A stretch of 64,000 nucleotides of DNA from a virus (IMGVR_UViG_2791355120_000002:13121-77120), one strand, 5' to 3'. Shown: positions 19,962 to 29,435, numbered from the stretch's first letter. The notes: generated by a model not told the origin, from the letters alone. Numbers and translations: made by a program.

Positions 19962-20513
19962 TTGCCTAAAACTCCACGATCGGCGCGACGCAAAGAGCAG
20001 GATCGCGCATACCGCAAGACACACGCTGATGAGCGGCGAGAGTACAATAGGCAATATTGCAACGACAACCGTGAGCATGTGCGTCAATACATGAAAGATT
20101 ACAAAAAGAACAATGTCGAAAAGCTCCGTGCGTATGCCCGAGAATACTCACGCCGCAAAAGAGCCGCGACTGATCCCGCCGAACTAAAAGCGGCGAAACG
20201 GAAGCATTATCTCGCAGGCGGATGGTTGACATCGGTTCTGAACGCAGCCCGGCACCGCGCCGCTGCGGCCGGCCTTGAGTTCACCATCACCAAAGCAGAC
20301 GTGGTTGTGCCCGAGCGATGTCCGGTGTTCGGGACACTTCTTTGTGTCGGCGCCAATAGCAACGACAGCCCTAGTCTCGACAGAGTCGACAACACAAAAG
20401 GCTACATACCGTCCAACGTCCGCGTAATCAGCAAGCGGGCCAATAGGATGAAAGGTGATGCCTCACTCGAAGACCTGCAGAAACTGATCCAGTACATCAA
20501 AGGTGAAATATGA
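19962..20513 (+). CDS. HNH-like endonuclease
   Basis: CPVFG...PSLDRVDNTKGY..SNVRVIS..ANRMKG. Confidence 0.75.
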   Translation: MPKTPRSARRKEQDRAYRKTHADERREYNRQYCNDNREHVRQYMKDYKKNNVEKLRAYAREYSRRKRAATDPAELKAAKRKHYLAGGWLTSVLNAARHRAAAAGLEFTITKADVVVPERCPVFGTLLCVGANSNDSPSLDRVDNTKGYIPSNVRVISKRANRMKGDASLEDLQKLIQYIKGEI

Positions 20514-21049
20514 GCGAGAAGAACGGCAATCCAAAAGATTCTATCGGAGCCCGCAAGTGGCGCCAGTACGCTACCGTCCCCGCCACAGTGGCTGTCGAAG
20601 TCGGAGTCGCCATGCTGGAAGGTGCCGCGAAATACGGCAGGCACAACTACCGCGTGGCTGGCGTCCGCGCCTCGGTCTACGTGGACGCGGCGAAGGGGCA
20701 TATCGACTCGTGGTGGGAAGGCGAGGACTACGATCCCGACGTGCCCGGCCAGCGCCTGTCGCACATCACCAAGGCAATCGCCAGCCTGGTCGTTCTCCGC
20801 GACGCGATGATCCAGAACATGCTGACCGACGATCGGCCACCGAAAGCGAATCTCGACAAGGTGCGCGCCGACATGCAGGTCACAGTTGAGGCGATTCTGG
20901 ACAAATACCCCGAGCCCAAGGCCGCATTCACCGAACTCAACAGGTTCGACAACGTGGAGAACTTTGGCGATGGGCTCTCACTGAGCGACGCTCGGAAGAT
21001 CGTGGCAGCATCAAAGTCCAGCCTCGAAGCTGGTAGGAATCTGCGCTGA
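20510..21049 (+). CDS. DUF5664-like dATP/dGTP diphosphohydrolase
   Basis: NPKDSIG.RK; GAAKYGRHNY; H..SWW.GED.DPD...SH. Confidence 0.8.
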   Translation: MSEKNGNPKDSIGARKWRQYATVPATVAVEVGVAMLEGAAKYGRHNYRVAGVRASVYVDAAKGHIDSWWEGEDYDPDVPGQRLSHITKAIASLVVLRDAMIQNMLTDDRPPKANLDKVRADMQVTVEAILDKYPEPKAAFTELNRFDNVENFGDGLSLSDARKIVAASKSSLEAGRNLR

Positions 21050-21294
21050 TGCGCCCGCGTCCCTTCAAAGACCTTGCCCGCCGCTTCCTGATCCGCCGCT
21101 ACGGCATATCGGTGAACTGGAACTGCACCTATCGAGAGATCGCGCAAGTCACCGGCATACCGGAAGCTCGCGTCTCCCGCATCTGCCGGCAGCACGGCTA
21201 CCCCGTCGAGCACGACAACCAGCGGCCGGTCCCCTACATGCCGGTTGACAAATTTTTCGCTCTGCCGAACTCGGTCGCTCGCAATTTGTATTGA
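21049..21294 (+). CDS. Small HTH protein
   Basis: TYREIAQVTGIPEARVSRIC. Confidence 0.6.
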   Translation: MRPRPFKDLARRFLIRRYGISVNWNCTYREIAQVTGIPEARVSRICRQHGYPVEHDNQRPVPYMPVDKFFALPNSVARNLY

Positions 21295-21344
21295 CGTGCG
21301 TAATTTCACGTTTATAGTGACTTTCACTTAGGAGGCACCACCGC

Positions 21345-21626
21345 ATGGCATACCCCAAGAACAGCGACGATGACGATCTGACCGACACGAGCCAGACCGT
21401 CGCTGCCGGCCAGCTTCGCGCGATCATCGAGCGCATCGAGCGGCTTGAGGAAGAAAAGAAGACGATCGCCGATGACATCAAGGACATCTACGCCGAGGCC
21501 AAGGGCACCGGCTTCGACACCAAGGCGATCCGCACAATCATTCGCGAGCGCAAGAAGGACCAGGCCGAGCGGCAGGAGTTCGAGTCTATTCTCGATCTCT
21601 ACAAAGCCGCGCTCGGCATGATCTGA
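21345..21626 (+). CDS. GapR-like (DUF2312/UPF0335) DNA-binding protein
   Basis: [36 protein letters not shown]. Confidence 0.9.
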   Translation: MAYPKNSDDDDLTDTSQTVAAGQLRAIIERIERLEEEKKTIADDIKDIYAEAKGTGFDTKAIRTIIRERKKDQAERQEFESILDLYKAALGMI

Positions 21627-21663
21627 GCGCCACCCACCGCCATCCCAACATCTCGGAGACACC

Positions 21664-22041
21664 ATGAAACTCGGCGAACTGCGCGCGGCCATCCGCAAGA
21701 CCAAGGGCAATCCTTGGTTCGACTGCTACCCCTTCCCCGGCACCGACAAGACGTTCCGCTTCTACCTGCAGAAGACGCCACTGCTCGAAGAACTGGAAAA
21801 GGCCTATCCGGGCGGCAAGGGCGCTGAGACGCAACTGAGCTTTGACGCGGAGACCGGCCAACTCAAGCCCGAGAAGCATGACTTCCAGGGCATCAGCAAG
21901 GACAACCCGGCAATCAAGACGCCGGCACCGCCGCATGAGGACGGCCCCGCCCCGAAGAACGATGACGATCTGCTGCTCGACGACGAGCCCGCAGCCGCGC
22001 CTGCCAAACCTACCGACGATCTCAGCGACCTTCTGGTGTGA
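21664..22041 (+). CDS. Hypothetical protein ending DDLSDLLV
   Basis: GGAG RBS; disordered acidic tail. Confidence 0.75.
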   Translation: MKLGELRAAIRKTKGNPWFDCYPFPGTDKTFRFYLQKTPLLEELEKAYPGGKGAETQLSFDAETGQLKPEKHDFQGISKDNPAIKTPAPPHEDGPAPKNDDDLLLDDEPAAAPAKPTDDLSDLLV

Positions 22042-22457
22042 CCATGGACGACGCGGAACTCGGCCTGCGACTGGTCAAGGCGCTGCGTGCCGCCACGGCT
22101 TCTAGGTTGCCCAACGGCAATCCGATCAAGGGCAAGCTGATGAGCCTTGCCCTGAACATCACGCCCGAGGATTGGCAGGTCATCGGCCAGTTCTGGTTTA
22201 CGCATCACTGCAACGTCCAGTGCAGCAAAGACCCCGCTACCGCGCTGCTGACGGTGCTCGAAGCACCGCCAAACCTGACCGATCCCTATGACCCAAAGCA
22301 GCGGCTGCTGATGGCTAAGCCGGTGCTGCGGGAGCACGTCGAGTTCGTCACCGGGAAGCGTGAGCCCGAACCGTCACCGGCGCCGCAGCCGGCGCTGGCT
22401 AACTATCCGACAGCGCAGGAAGACGATGTGCTCGACCTGAGCGAACTGCTCGTGTGA
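22038..22457 (+). CDS. Hypothetical protein ending LDLSELLV
   Basis: GTGA overlap. Confidence 0.7.
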   Translation: MTMDDAELGLRLVKALRAATASRLPNGNPIKGKLMSLALNITPEDWQVIGQFWFTHHCNVQCSKDPATALLTVLEAPPNLTDPYDPKQRLLMAKPVLREHVEFVTGKREPEPSPAPQPALANYPTAQEDDVLDLSELLV

Positions 22458-22705
22458 TGCAACGCTACTCCTACGAGTGGGTAGACCCCGACAGCGGCGA
22501 GGAACATTTCAGCGATGAACTCTGTGCCATCTACGATGCGAAGCGCGGCCTTGAATTTCCCATTGCTTGGGCATGGGACCGGGACGGCGCCGAACTCATC
22601 GTTGATGCGCTGAACCAGGCTCACGAGATGACAGGCAGGGCCGCCACGCTGGTTGCGCTGGCGGTCCATCGAGACAAGTACGATCTGAGCGATTTGCTCG
22701 GCTGA
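22454..22705 (+). CDS. Hypothetical protein ending YDLSDLLG
   Basis: Overlap with the previous stop. Confidence 0.7.
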   Translation: MMQRYSYEWVDPDSGEEHFSDELCAIYDAKRGLEFPIAWAWDRDGAELIVDALNQAHEMTGRAATLVALAVHRDKYDLSDLLG

Positions 22706-22736
22706 CGTTTCACTTTTTACGGGACAATCACGAAAC

Positions 22737-24059
22737 ATGGGCGGCGCAGTCACACTTCATGCCGGCGACAATCGCCTGAGCCTGCGCCGGCTCATCGACC
22801 AGGGCGTGCGCGTCCATTCGGTCGTGAGCGATCCGCCCTATGCGCTCACCAGTATCACCAAGCGCTTCGGCAAGGCCGGCGCGGCTGCGGCTCGCACGCA
22901 GGGCAACGACGGCAGCTTCGCGCGCCTGTCGAAGGGCTTCATGCAAAAAACTTGGGACGCCACAGGCATCGAGCGCGATCCTGAGTTCTGGCGCCTGGTC
23001 TATGACATCCTTCTGCCAGGCGGCTACGTCTTCGCCTTCTCTGGCGCCCGCTCTGGCCACTGGCAGGCCTGTGCCATGGAGACGGCCGGCTTCATCATGC
23101 ACCCGATGCATGGATGGGTGTACGGTCAGGGCTGGCCGAAGCCCACCTACATCAAGGGCCTGCCCGAGTGGGAAGGATGGGGCTACGGCACGCAGTCGCA
23201 GAAGCCAGCGCTCGAACCTATCTACCTCGGCCAGAAGCCCTTCAGCGAGAAGACCGGGCCGGCGAACGTCCTGAAACACGGCGTCGGCGCATTCAACATC
23301 GGCGGCTGCACAGTCGACGACGGGGAGAACGGTCGTAGGCCGGCCAATCTGATCCTGGACGGATCGTCCGAGGTGATCGACCTGTTCCCGTACACGCGCA
23401 GCGGCGCGCCGGGCGTCATGCGGAAGGGCACGAACGACGGTGCAACCTACGGCGCCGAGAGCCGCGCTCCTGGCACGCCTATGACCGGCTACGGCGATGA
23501 GGGCTCGGCCGCTCGCTTCTTCCACCAGTTCCCGCTTACCGAGGCCGACTACCGGTGGGCAATCGACGCAGGGCTCATCGGAACCGATCTCGGCGATGCG
23601 ACTATCTACAATGCCAAAGCGAGCAAACAGGATCGTTTAGGCAGCAAGCACCCAACCGTTAAGCCAGTGGCCTTGTTGCAGTATCTCATCCGCCACATCA
23701 CACCACCTGGCGGCGTCGTCCTCGATATGTTTGCCGGAAGCGGCACCACCGCAGAAGCCGCGCGGCGCGAGGGTTTCGACTGCATTCTGATGGAAGCCGA
23801 GCCCGAATATCTCGACTTCCTGTGTTCACGCTTCGTTCTCAACCCGGAATATGCTATAGGAATAGATGCCTACAGCACGGTTAACGGAGCGAGAATCAAT
23901 TCTACTGTATCAAAATTAGACATAACTAATGTAGCGAATAAAGAGTTGTGTCTACTTGACATCCTGGGTGATCTGGCGGCTGTAGAAAAGCGCGAGGTTC
24001 AAGTCCCCGGTACGTTTAGATCGTACTCAGGCTACGATCTGACGGAGTTGTTGTCGTAA
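22737..24059 (+). CDS. Orphan amino-DNA methyltransferase (beta class)
   Basis: SDPPY; HPTVKP; VLDMFAGSGTT. Confidence 0.9.
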   Translation: MGGAVTLHAGDNRLSLRRLIDQGVRVHSVVSDPPYALTSITKRFGKAGAAAARTQGNDGSFARLSKGFMQKTWDATGIERDPEFWRLVYDILLPGGYVFAFSGARSGHWQACAMETAGFIMHPMHGWVYGQGWPKPTYIKGLPEWEGWGYGTQSQKPALEPIYLGQKPFSEKTGPANVLKHGVGAFNIGGCTVDDGENGRRPANLILDGSSEVIDLFPYTRSGAPGVMRKGTNDGATYGAESRAPGTPMTGYGDEGSAARFFHQFPLTEADYRWAIDAGLIGTDLGDATIYNAKASKQDRLGSKHPTVKPVALLQYLIRHITPPGGVVLDMFAGSGTTAEAARREGFDCILMEAEPEYLDFLCSRFVLNPEYAIGIDAYSTVNGARINSTVSKLDITNVANKELCLLDILGDLAAVEKREVQVPGTFRSYSGYDLTELLS

Positions 24060-24356
24060 ATGCCTGCGTCTCAGGGAAAGGTCGAAATGCCGAAGCTTGC
24101 TAAACTATCTTTTACTGGAGTGGATTCCAGTGGTGAATACCCTAAGGTTGTACCGTGGCAACCTAAGCGTTCAGGGGACTACTCGCAGGATTGCGCGGCT
24201 GGCCGCGCCTACTATGCCGAGCTTCTTGACCTGATGCGGCAAGAGAACAACCCGACGTTCCTATGCCGCGTTTTGAGCGCGCAAGTAAAGGGCGGTGTGT
24301 GGGATGCAGTCGAGATCGGCTTCACCCAAGCTATGGCCGAACGCCTGGTGGCCTAG
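24060..24356 (+). CDS. Hypothetical protein
   Basis: ORF abutting the methyltransferase gene. Confidence 0.6.
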   Translation: MPASQGKVEMPKLAKLSFTGVDSSGEYPKVVPWQPKRSGDYSQDCAAGRAYYAELLDLMRQENNPTFLCRVLSAQVKGGVWDAVEIGFTQAMAERLVA

Positions 24357-24433
24357 TGCATGGCCGTTCGAGGGGGACGCACACGCGGCTCATCGAGAGT
24401 GGAACGCTCGGTGAGCCTTTTCTTTTGCCAGTC

Positions 24434-25699
24434 TTAGAAGAATTCTGTGAACCTCGCCCGCTGGCCTAGCTGCGGATGATAGAGGAAGCATTCGACCGCC
24501 TGGCGATTCACATACCCGTTTCTATCATGCCAGCTATCCGGCGCCGATGGTGATCGGACGTATTCGATGTTGACGTGCTCACCCTCAAATTGGGGCTTGC
24601 CGCTGATGAGCGCCGTCATGCCGTTGTGATCCTTCTCACGAAGGAAGGGCAGTTCACCGCGCGTCTTGCGATCTTTGTGATGCACGTGATGGAGCAGCCA
24701 GTAGAGGTTTTTGCATCGCGAGATGTAGTCGCGCGCCTCCTGGACCATCAGACCGTAAAGCTTTTCCTCCTTCGCGCCATCACCGTGGCTAAGGCCGAGC
24801 AAATTAGACTCGTAGCAATAGTACTTCCGGTGACGTTCGCTGAGATTGTAGTCACTCGCGCGGATGCGCGCGTTGACCTGGTTCCGGTACGGCGCGGCGA
24901 TCGTCTGCGACAATGCCCATCCCATTAGCCAGTCATGATTCGACATGCAGTGCAGCAGATCGACGTTGGCGATCTTAGCTGCCTCGCCGATCGCCTCGTT
25001 GTAGGCCACGGCTGCGTCCATGAAGCCTTGGAAGATCGTCCCATCACTGTCCTGGAAGGTGCCGCTGGTCGTAGTCGAACGCGGCCCGTCCACATGGAGA
25101 GCATCGTTGCCGAGGACGAACAGCACCTGGCCGATACCCATGGGCTCTGCCATGCGCAGGAGCGACTTGGTGCCTTCGACGACGCGGTGACGGGCGACCT
25201 CGCGATTGTACTCAAAGCCGGTCTCCGTGCGCACCGCGAGCTTGAGGAAATGAACGTCGGCCAGGTCTATAACCAGTAGATGCTCATTGTCCGCTCGCGG
25301 CCGGGGCGGCAGCGCCAACGGCTTGGCAACCGACATGCCCTCGATCGCCTCGCGCACCATGTCGGCAACAGATACGTTCTGGCCGGTGCGGGGGTTTTTC
25401 ACGAACAGCGAATAGCCGCTGCCGGTATCGTCCTTCACGATCTTCCAGAAGTGGGAGAGATTGCGCGGGTCTTCGATGCCGCCAGCCTGTGCAGCTTCCA
25501 AAATTGCCGCGTCGTCGACTGTCTGCTCGCGGGCCGACTCGGCGCCGAGCATTCCACGCTCTCGGGCGCGCAGCAGCCGGTTCTTGTAGGTCTTGAGATC
25601 GAGCCCGAGCGCGTTTGCCGCGTCAACTGCTGATCCGTGGAGAAGCATGGCTTCGGCAGCAGCCTTGGCCAATTCATCGGACAATCGTGGTGTTGGCAT
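24434..25699 (-). CDS. Calcineurin-like metallophosphoesterase with N-terminal HTH
   Basis: DVH, GND, NHD, HGD and HHVHH motifs. Confidence 0.8.
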   Translation of the reverse strand: MPTPRLSDELAKAAAEAMLLHGSAVDAANALGLDLKTYKNRLLRARERGMLGAESAREQTVDDAAILEAAQAGGIEDPRNLSHFWKIVKDDTGSGYSLFVKNPRTGQNVSVADMVREAIEGMSVAKPLALPPRPRADNEHLLVIDLADVHFLKLAVRTETGFEYNREVARHRVVEGTKSLLRMAEPMGIGQVLFVLGNDALHVDGPRSTTTSGTFQDSDGTIFQGFMDAAVAYNEAIGEAAKIANVDLLHCMSNHDWLMGWALSQTIAAPYRNQVNARIRASDYNLSERHRKYYCYESNLLGLSHGDGAKEEKLYGLMVQEARDYISRCKNLYWLLHHVHHKDRKTRGELPFLREKDHNGMTALISGKPQFEGEHVNIEYVRSPSAPDSWHDRNGYVNRQAVECFLYHPQLGQRARFTEFF

Positions 25700-25938
25700 C
25701 AGTGGCCCTTGATGTTCGCCCAAATGAGCCCGAGAACGGCCAGGGTGATCATGCCCACGGCCGCCATGAGGCTTTGGCGCTGGATTGCATCGGCGCCGGT
25801 TCGCGTCTTGCGGACAAACCGCATGTCGGCCTGCGCTTCGAGCGGGTCGTCAGGATCGAGACCGAGCGTCAGGAAGGTCTCCTTGACCGCTTCCTGTGCC
25901 GCGCGGCGCGCGATCTCGTGGATTTCAGCGTCGGTCAC
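25699..25938 (-). CDS. Small membrane protein of the lysis cassette
   Basis: C-terminal TM; coupled to the spanin gene. Confidence 0.6.
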   Translation of the reverse strand: MTDAEIHEIARRAAQEAVKETFLTLGLDPDDPLEAQADMRFVRKTRTGADAIQRQSLMAAVGMITLAVLGLIWANIKGH

Positions 25939-26294
25939 GGCTTCGGCTCCCTGGCGTCGTAGTTTTTGGCGTACCAGGAGGCACACCAGAGGATTTGGTC
26001 GTTGGCTGCGCCGAGGGCGATGTCGCCCTTCTCATTCGCCACGTCGAGACGATCGTTGAGCTTCACGCCGCTGCGGTGAGTCTGCTTGCAGTAGTCGGGG
26101 TAGACCGGCATCCGGCGAGCTTCCTGGACGCGCTTCTCGGCCACCGCGAGCGCGGTTTCAGCGGCCTCGGCACGTGCCTTGTCGGAGTAGGCCTGTTCGA
26201 GCCGGAACTTATTTGTTGCGCATCCGGTTAAACAGAAACTCGTCAACACGGCAGCCGTCAGGAAGCGCCCTCGCTTCGATCTGAACCAGGTCAT
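25935..26294 (-). CDS. o-spanin (Rz1-like lipoprotein)
   Basis: CLTGC lipobox; overlaps the i-spanin 3' end. Confidence 0.7.
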   Translation of the reverse strand: MTWFRSKRGRFLTAAVLTSFCLTGCATNKFRLEQAYSDKARAEAAETALAVAEKRVQEARRMPVYPDYCKQTHRSGVKLNDRLDVANEKGDIALGAANDQILWCASWYAKNYDAREPKP

Positions 26295-26637
26295 CTTTTC
26301 TCTTTCGATTATCGAGGCGGGATAGGTTGGACTGCTTTTCCAGGTCTTCGCGCGCCTGGCGGTCGATCTCGGCAAGCCGGTTGGTCTCGTCGACCTTCGC
26401 CTCGGCCCACTGGCGGATGCGCCGTTCCTCGGTGAGCTTGGCGTTCAGTGCCTCGAGCTCGGCGCCGGCAACGAGCTTGGTGACGGCCTGGTTCACGGCC
26501 GTGCGGATCGCGGAAGCCTTGTCGAAGTAGAGCCAGGTGCCGGCGATCAAGAACGCCCACACGGGAAGCGTGATGCCGAAAGAAAGAACTGGCCACACCC
26601 ATTTGCGCAACCAGGCGATGGCAATGGCGGCGGTCAT
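26209..26637 (-). CDS. i-spanin (Rz-like)
   Basis: N-terminal TM, coiled coil, C-terminal Cys. Confidence 0.7.
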   Translation of the reverse strand: MTAAIAIAWLRKWVWPVLSFGITLPVWAFLIAGTWLYFDKASAIRTAVNQAVTKLVAGAELEALNAKLTEERRIRQWAEAKVDETNRLAEIDRQAREDLEKQSNLSRLDNRKRKDDLVQIEARALPDGCRVDEFLFNRMRNK

Positions 26638-26749
26638 GGGAGATAACTCCACCAGATGGCGCCAAGGCCGGCGACGATCAGTGCGAAGATCACACAGGCC
26701 TCAGCCGCGTAGTCTTCGATGATGGCGGTCCAGAGTTCGTTCCAGCCCA

Positions 26750-27163
26750 TCAGCAATCCCTCAGCACGCCGTGATGAAGGAAGCCGTGGAAACCGGGCAC
26801 GGCTATCGACCCGGCGCCGGCAGCGCACGTCTTGCCATTCTTATCGACATGGACGGTCTCGCCGATGGTGCCATGGCGCACCCAACAGCGGTGCTCTTTG
26901 TCGTCAGGCAGGGTGCAGTTGCTCGCCTGCGAATCGATGTGCCACCAGGTGTATCCCCGATTGCCTTCCCGAGGGATGATGCACACTACCGACAAGCCGT
27001 CAGGCCCTTTCGGTCCACGGTCATCCACGAACAGTGCGCCGATCGGCAACTGTGAGGTTTCCGCACCGGTATCGCGATTGCGATAAATGCGCTTCGAAAC
27101 GCCATCCTCGAACGGCGCGTTTCGACCGGTGTCTTCCCACCAGGTGCAGCGGTACTCAGCCAT
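26750..27163 (-). CDS. Cys/His-rich hypothetical protein inside the lysis cassette
   Basis: HRCWVRHG...TCAAGAGSI...FHGFL. Confidence 0.65.
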   Translation of the reverse strand: MAEYRCTWWEDTGRNAPFEDGVSKRIYRNRDTGAETSQLPIGALFVDDRGPKGPDGLSVVCIIPREGNRGYTWWHIDSQASNCTLPDDKEHRCWVRHGTIGETVHVDKNGKTCAAGAGSIAVPGFHGFLHHGVLRDC

Positions 27164-27837
27164 CAGTTCAGCCCCGAGATACAAAGCTCGGCCTCCCCGA
27201 TGCGGTGGGCGTCGCCCATCTTGCGGCGCTTATCCAAGCCTTCAAGAACGATGCCACCGGCTCGATTGAAGGCGGTCTGCGCGATGCAGGCTTCTTTGTA
27301 CTGTCGCTTGCCGACGAACTCGGCCGCCTTGGACTTCTTCTGCCGCGCGACCCCGTAATTGTATGCGCCCGAGGTCATCGCGGCCTGAAGCGAGATGGGC
27401 GCCTCGGCAAAGCCGGGCACGCCATCGACCAGCGGCAGATAGTAGTCGTAGAGCACTCGCTGGATCAGCTTGTCCCGACACTGCTCTGGCGTGAACTTCA
27501 TGCCCTTCTTGACGCCGAGCGTATCGCCGTAGCAGACGGTCCAGACCGGAACCTTCGGCAGTCGATCGAGATACGCGGTCGTGCGCAATCCTTCCCACGG
27601 GCCGATAAGCTGCTCGACGGCCAGCTTGACGGCGGGCGGGATGTAACCCTTGTCGATCGCCCGGTGGATTTCCATGGCCGGGGTGACGACCATCTGGTGA
27701 ACCGCAGGCGCCGGCACGGTCGCGTGCTGCTGTGCGACGTAGGCGCTGTAGCCGCTGGCGCCTGCGAAGACGATCGCCGCAGCGACGGCGTTACGACCGC
27801 GCAGCGTCGCCTTGATCTTGCTTATCGGTAACGGCAT
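27163..27837 (-). CDS. Endolysin, GH24 lysozyme, possible SAR type
   Basis: WEGLRTTAYLD...WTVCYGDT; YNYG; GL.KRR; Ala/Gly-rich N-terminal TM. Confidence 0.88.
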   Translation of the reverse strand: MPLPISKIKATLRGRNAVAAAIVFAGASGYSAYVAQQHATVPAPAVHQMVVTPAMEIHRAIDKGYIPPAVKLAVEQLIGPWEGLRTTAYLDRLPKVPVWTVCYGDTLGVKKGMKFTPEQCRDKLIQRVLYDYYLPLVDGVPGFAEAPISLQAAMTSGAYNYGVARQKKSKAAEFVGKRQYKEACIAQTAFNRAGGIVLEGLDKRRKMGDAHRIGEAELCISGLN

Positions 27838-28084
27838 CGGGTGCTCCCGAGAGTTGGTTCGAAATGACGAAGCGCGCCGGCAGCGCCAGGCCCGAGAACA
27901 GGCCGGCGAGGATGGCGAACAGGACGGGTGGGATCGGCACGTAGCCGGCCAGGAACGGCCAGGCGCTGTCGAGCATGAGGACGACAAGGCAGAGGAAGGC
28001 GAGCGCGTTGAAGTGGAAGCTGCGCGAGTGCTTGGCGACCTTGACGACGTTCGGCACCAGGAACGGGCGGATGAGGTTCATCAT
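27791..28084 (-). CDS. Putative holin
   Basis: Two TM segments, MM dual start, directly upstream of the endolysin. Confidence 0.65.
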   Translation of the reverse strand: MMNLIRPFLVPNVVKVAKHSRSFHFNALAFLCLVVLMLDSAWPFLAGYVPIPPVLFAILAGLFSGLALPARFVISNQLSGAPDAVTDKQDQGDAARS

Positions 28085-28275
28085 GCGCGGCCGTCCTTGA
28101 TCGAGTGCCACTTGGCCAATTGCAGCGCGCAGTGGTTGGGTTCGATCAGACGCGATACGATGCGGCAGAAAAGGCATTGGGTGCCGCGCTTCTCGGCGAC
28201 GCGGGCGCACAGGGTCTGGTCTCCGCGTCCACCGCAGAGCCGGTTCAAGAGTCCTGAAAGCCGATAGAAAGTCAC
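28081..28275 (-). CDS. Hypothetical protein
   Basis: LN..GG..DQTLCAR...C..C......PNHC pattern seen in phage lysis regions. Confidence 0.6.
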   Translation of the reverse strand: MTFYRLSGLLNRLCGGRGDQTLCARVAEKRGTQCLFCRIVSRLIEPNHCALQLAKWHSIKDGRA

Positions 28276-28423
28276 GGGGCGCCCGCCACGGTTAGGTGGA
28301 AGGCCTATCTATCGCACGTCTAAACGTGATTATCAAGTTAAACGTGATTTTGATTGATGCAGTCGACAATTGCTCGCGCGCAGAATACAGAAGCGAAATT
28401 CCAACCGACAAAAAAAGGGCACA

Positions 28424-28591
28424 ATGAACAGAGCAGAAAAGCGATGGACCGACGCGCAGGAGCGATTTGAAAGCGAAGAAGAACCGCTAATCGCTGCCGC
28501 CGATCCCATTATGTCAGCCTTATATGAGGTGCGTCTAATATTATGGCTCTGCTTCGCTGTCCTCTGCATCATCGCCTGGCGCGTTTGGTGA
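28424..28591 (+). CDS. Small membrane protein opposite to the late operon (moron-like)
   Basis: C-terminal TM; AT-rich upstream sequence. Confidence 0.5.
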   Translation: MNRAEKRWTDAQERFESEEEPLIAAADPIMSALYEVRLILWLCFAVLCIIAWRVW

Positions 28592-28592
28592 T

Positions 28593-29435
28593 TCAGAAGG
28601 TCAGGAACATCCCACCTGTATTGCCGGGGGTATATGTCACAATGATAATGCCCTGCGCGCCAGCGCCCGAGCCGTTGTCCTGACTACCCGCGACGCCCCC
28701 GCCACCACCACCGTACAGCCCACCTGCTCCCGGCGCGCCACCAGTTGATGCGTCAAAGCCGGCCGACCCGCCGCCTGAACCGGCCGTGCCACCGGCCGTA
28801 GCCGTATATTCGGCACCTGCCCCACCATTGGCAGTCGTGTTAGCGGTCGCCCCGGCTCCACCGAGACCATTGTCACCAGCCCCACCGGCGCTGAACGTAC
28901 CGGCCGTGGTGAGATTCCCGGCGCTGATACCGTTTCCAGAGGCACCGCCTGCGCCGCCGCCGCCCGTGCAGGTTCGCCCGTTGCCAGGTGCCGAAGTGAC
29001 TGAGCCGCCTGCGCCGCCAGAGCTTTTTGTGCTTCCAATCCCGCTTGCCGCTGCACCGCCAGCGCCGCCCGACTGCGTAGAATTGGTGAGGGTTCCAGCG
29101 CCTGCGCCGCCACCTTTTGCGCCAACACTGCTGGCCGCGAGGGAGGCACCGTTGAACCAGGTATCTCCACCAGCGTTGCCGGCTGACACGCCCGTGACCG
29201 AGGCACCACCTGCGCCGATTTGATACTGGATCGCACCCGAGAGAGCCAGGTTCGACACGGACGAAAACGCGCCGCCGCCGCCGCCAGTTCCGATCTTGGC
29301 AGCGGAGGTGCCTACGAACGCCGAGCCGCCCGAGCCACCGCCTCCGATAGCTGCAACGCTGTTGTCGCTGTTGTTCCAATCTGCCGGGGTGTTGAAACTG
29401 GTCCCCGAGGTCAGGAAAACGACAGTAGCTACCAT
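28593..29435 (-). CDS. Glycine-rich tail-fibre-associated protein
   Basis: GGGG repeats, GAQGIIIVTY ending. Confidence 0.75.
   Translation of the reverse strand: MVATVVFLTSGTSFNTPADWNNSDNSVAAIGGGGSGGSAFVGTSAAKIGTGGGGGAFSSVSNLALSGAIQYQIGAGGASVTGVSAGNAGGDTWFNGASLAASSVGAKGGGAGAGTLTNSTQSGGAGGAAASGIGSTKSSGGAGGSVTSAPGNGRTCTGGGGAGGASGNGISAGNLTTAGTFSAGGAGDNGLGGAGATANTTANGGAGAEYTATAGGTAGSGGGSAGFDASTGGAPGAGGLYGGGGGGVAGSQDNGSGAGAQGIIIVTYTPGNTGGMFLTF

Noticed and set aside
20510-21049. 2-aminoadenine (Z) genome pathway
   Set aside because: No PurZ in the window, and a DUF5664-like gene alone is insufficient.
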